Shown: piece by piece, positions 61,235-64,000 of the stretch | How the letters are laid out: each line of letters begins with the position of its first letter | How positions within the stretch are numbered: position 1 is the stretch's first letter | NCBI GenBank assembly: GCA_033764015.1 | Contig: JANRJK010000002.1 | Span: forward strand, 96,001-160,000 | Reading direction: 5' to 3' | Length of the DNA stretch: 64,000 bases | Source of the DNA: Candidatus Sumerlaeia bacterium | GTDB lineage: Bacteria; Sumerlaeota; Sumerlaeia; SLMS01; JANRJK01 | Notes under the pieces: generated by a model | What the model was told of the DNA's origin: nothing | Databases searched by the model: none | What the model saw: only the letters and a program-made list of their open reading frames with translations | Made by a program: the position numbers and the translations under genes

Positions 61235-61271
61235 AAAAGCGAAACCGCCCCGGTTGCCCGGGGCGGCTCGC
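61235..61271 (-). terminator. Intrinsic terminator after the large repeat protein
   Basis: GCGAGCCGCCCCGG-gcaa-CCGGGGCGGTTTCGC-TTTT. Confidence 0.75.
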
Positions 61272-61306
61272 CTGTCAGGTGGTTTCCGCGCGGGGCGCGG
61301 AGCCGG

Positions 61307-64000
61307 TTACGGGACGATCGTCATCAGGAGCTGCGGGCGGAGGTCGCCGCCCGCGTTGCCCGTGTAGAGGCGCACGATGTCGCGCGTCGCGTCGTCGTTG
61401 CTGCCCGTCTCGAACTCGATCCGGAACTGGGTGAACCCGGTCCGGTTCATCGCTTCGAGGGCGGCCGGCGACAGCTCGATGCAGAGCTGGTCGCCAACCG
61501 TGGTCGGCAGGATTACCGCAGAGGCGGCCGCGTTCGGGATGAACGCGAACTCCTCGAAGTCCTCCTGGTCGAGAGCGAGCGTCGGGCCGAAGAAGGCCCG
61601 CTGGTTCGGGCAGACCATCGCGATCCGGAGCTCCCCGAGCGCGGACGGGTCGCCGACCACGCCTGCGAGCGAGATGCAGAGCTGGGCCGATTCGATCCCC
61701 GCGCCGGGATACGTCGCCCCGAGCATCGAGGTGTCGAAGGAGAACAGCACCTTCGTCTGCTGGTCGTTCGCCGTGTCGCCAACCTCGGACAACGCGTTGT
61801 GGTTGTCGCGCAGGAAGCCGACTTCGGCGCCGGATGCCCACTCGGTGATCCAGCCGTCATGGAGCGGGTTCGAGAAGATCGGATCCAGCTCGAGCGGCGA
61901 GGAGCTGCCGGTCGGGTTCTGGCCGCAGCCGTCCTCCGTCGGCAGGATGTACTCGAACACGAGGTCGGAGCGGATGTGGCGCTGCGTGCTCGACTGGCCG
62001 CCCGCACCGAACTTGATGTTGTCCGCCGTGTTGTTGGAGTTGGTCGGGGTGGCGAAGCGGAAACGGAACTGCACGTTGCCGTTCGTCGGGATCAGGGCCC
62101 AGGCGGCGGGGTCGAGCGGGGCGACGATCGCCTCGCCCGGAACCGCGTCGACAAGGTCCGCGTTCGGAACCACGGCGATCGGCGAGTACTCCGCCGGCGC
62201 CTGGAAGTCGGAGTTCTGCCAACCCGCGCTTGTTCCGAAGAAGGGGTTGTTGACCTCGATTATCAGGTCGCCGAGCGCCGAGATGTCGCCGATCTTCTGC
62301 TCGACCGGGAGCCGCAGCCACGCGTCCGTGATGCCGACGCAGCCCTGCGAGGTCGAGAAGCCGAGGATCGAGCGCTGCTGCTGGTTGGCGACCGTGTCGC
62401 CAACCTCGATGCGGCGGCTCGCGACGAACACCGCCGCGCCGACGCCGGGCACCGTCCGCGATTCGATCAGGACCGAGTCCTGCGCGAACTGCGAGTCGAC
62501 GTAGGCCACGCCGCCAAGGTCGGAGCCGATCATGACGTCGAACACGCAGGTCGACGTGTTGCCGCCCTGGTCCTCGAGCGTCACCGTCACCGTCGTGCAA
62601 CCCAGCGGGAAGAACGTCGGCGTGTAGTCGACCAGGAGCTGGTCGGGGCAGTTGTCCGTCCCGAAGGCCAGCGGGTCGGCCCAGTTCGAATCCAGCGACG
62701 GGTCGAAGCCACCCGGCGAGTTCGGGTTCAGCACCGCGCCCGGAGGCAGTACCGCGAGCGGCGGGCACGTGGTGAAGGAAGGCGCGATCGCGTCGTCGAC
62801 AAACACCGTCGCCGAGCAGGTCGACGTGTTGCCGAGGCCGTCTTCGACCGTCAGCACCACCGAGTTCGCACCGTAGTTCGAGCAGTCGAAGTCCGTCACG
62901 TCGAGCGACAGGGTGACAGCCGTGCAGCTATCGAAGCTGCCGTTGTCCACCTGCGACGGGGTGACCGAAGCCAAGCCCGAGCCGTCCAAGAAGATCGTCA
63001 CGTCCTGGCACAGGGCGACCGGCGCGCCGGTCTCCTCGACCGTCACCGTGGCGGTAGCCGTGGCGGAGTTGCCCGAGGCATCCGTAGCCGTGAGCGTCAC
63101 CGTCACGTCGCCGATATCGGCGCACGTGAAGTCGGTCGGGCTGAGCGTCAGCGAGTCGATGCCGCAGTTGTCGAAGGAGCCGCTGTCGACCGCGCCGGCC
63201 GTCGTGGAGCCGTTGCCGGACCCGTCGAGCTGCACCGTCACGTTCTGCGTGAAGACCGTGGGGGCAGTATTGTCCTGCACTGTGACCATCGCGGTCGCGG
63301 TGGCCGTGTTGCCGTTCGCATCCTCGACCGTCAGCGTCACCGTGACCGGCGAGCCAAGGTCGGCGCACGTGAAGTCCGTCGTGTCGAGCGAGAGGGTCGC
63401 GATACCGCATGCGTCGTTCGAGCCGTTGTCGACGGCGGCGGCGGTCGTCGAGCCGTTGCCTGTTCCGTCAAGCGTCACCGTCACGTCCTGCGCAACGGCC
63501 GTCGGTGCGATGTTGTCCTCGACGGTCACCGTCGCGGTGCCCGTCGCCGTGTTGCCGGTCGTGTCCGTGACCGTCAGCGTCACCGTGACCGGCGAGCCGA
63601 CGTCCGAGCACGAGAACGACGTGATGTCGAGCGCGAGCGTGTCGACCGCGCAGTTGTCGGAGGAGCCGTTGTTGACGGCGGCCGCGGTCGTCGAGCCGCT
63701 GCCCGAACCGTCGAGCTGCACCGTGATGTCCTGCGTCACCACCGTCGGCGGCGTGTTCTCGACAACCGTGACGGTCGCCGTCGCGGTAGCCGAGTTGCCG
63801 GAAGCGTCCGCCGCGGTCAGCGTGACGACCACCGGGCCGACATCCGCGCAGGTGAAGGCCGTCTGGCTGAGCGTCAGCGAGTCGATGCCGCAGTTGTCGC
63901 TGGAGCCGTTATCAACCGCGGCAGCGGTCGTCGAGCCGTTGCCGGAGCCGTCGAGCGTGACCGTCACGTCCTGCGCGACGACCGTCGGGGCCGTGTTGTC
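61307..64000 (-). CDS. Large surface protein (5' partial): HYR-like Ig repeats plus two tandem C-terminal beta-sandwich domains
   Basis: Frame open to the window edge (DNTAPTVVAQDVT...); repeats PT...QD.TV.LDG.G....AVDNGS.DNC......F.C.D.G...VTLT..D..GN. Confidence 0.85.
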   Translation of the reverse strand, partial: DNTAPTVVAQDVTVTLDGSGNGSTTAAAVDNGSSDNCGIDSLTLSQTAFTCADVGPVVVTLTAADASGNSATATATVTVVENTPPTVVTQDITVQLDGSGSGSTTAAAVNNGSSDNCAVDTLALDITSFSCSDVGSPVTVTLTVTDTTGNTATGTATVTVEDNIAPTAVAQDVTVTLDGTGNGSTTAAAVDNGSNDACGIATLSLDTTDFTCADLGSPVTVTLTVEDANGNTATATAMVTVQDNTAPTVFTQNVTVQLDGSGNGSTTAGAVDSGSFDNCGIDSLTLSPTDFTCADIGDVTVTLTATDASGNSATATATVTVEETGAPVALCQDVTIFLDGSGLASVTPSQVDNGSFDSCTAVTLSLDVTDFDCSNYGANSVVLTVEDGLGNTSTCSATVFVDDAIAPSFTTCPPLAVLPPGAVLNPNSPGGFDPSLDSNWADPLAFGTDNCPDQLLVDYTPTFFPLGCTTVTVTLEDQGGNTSTCVFDVMIGSDLGGVAYVDSQFAQDSVLIESRTVPGVGAAVFVASRRIEVGDTVANQQQRSILGFSTSQGCVGITDAWLRLPVEQKIGDISALGDLIIEVNNPFFGTSAGWQNSDFQAPAEYSPIAVVPNADLVDAVPGEAIVAPLDPAAWALIPTNGNVQFRFRFATPTNSNNTADNIKFGAGGQSSTQRHIRSDLVFEYILPTEDGCGQNPTGSSSPLELDPIFSNPLHDGWITEWASGAEVGFLRDNHNALSEVGDTANDQQTKVLFSFDTSMLGATYPGAGIESAQLCISLAGVVGDPSALGELRIAMVCPNQRAFFGPTLALDQEDFEEFAFIPNAAASAVILPTTVGDQLCIELSPAALEAMNRTGFTQFRIEFETGSNDDATRDIVRLYTGNAGGDLRPQLLMTIVP
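62770..64000 (-). repeat. About five tandem ~243-246-bp HYR-like coding repeats
   Basis: Recurring protein unit, with near-identical DNA (e.g. GAGCGTCAGCGAGTCGATGCCGCAGTTGTC twice). Confidence 0.85.

Noticed and set aside
62770..64000. Regular repeats as a possible CRISPR array
   Set aside because: In-frame ~245-bp coding repeats with no unique spacers and no cas genes

Overview
64 kb of GC-rich, gene-dense chromosome from a diderm bacterium (lpxB, opgG/opgH, type IV pilus ATPases). The style of the prepilin (FTLIELLIVVAIIAILAAIAVPNFLEAQTRSK) and of the large secreted proteins suggests Candidatus Sumerlaeota/BRC1; this is an inference. About 55 CDSs are supported. Housekeeping: khpA, rimM, der, dgt, yihA, accA, mutL, miaA, glnA, P-II. 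Envelope and glycan: UbiA-type phosphoribosyltransferase, GnnA-like oxidoreductase, lpxB, rmlC, two GT-C-like proteins, wzm, GT2, GT4, opgG-X-opgH. Also bshA, three PilT/PilU paralogues and large repeat surface proteins. No rRNA, tRNA, CRISPR, integrase or transposase was seen. The best unannotated signal is the 306-bp mutL/FHA-bEBP spacer. It holds a complete sigma54 transcription unit (palindromic UAS, IHF-like site, -24/-12 box) driving a ~110-nt three-hairpin RNA with an anti-Shine-Dalgarno loop and an intrinsic terminator, divergent from an FHA-domain sigma54 activator. Other notable items: two coupled pseudokinases converging on an atypical class III cyclase-Ser/Thr kinase fusion, an HMGA-like triple AT-hook protein, and a 33-aa micropeptide gene missed by the ORF track. 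All calls come from motif recognition by eye; no searches were run.
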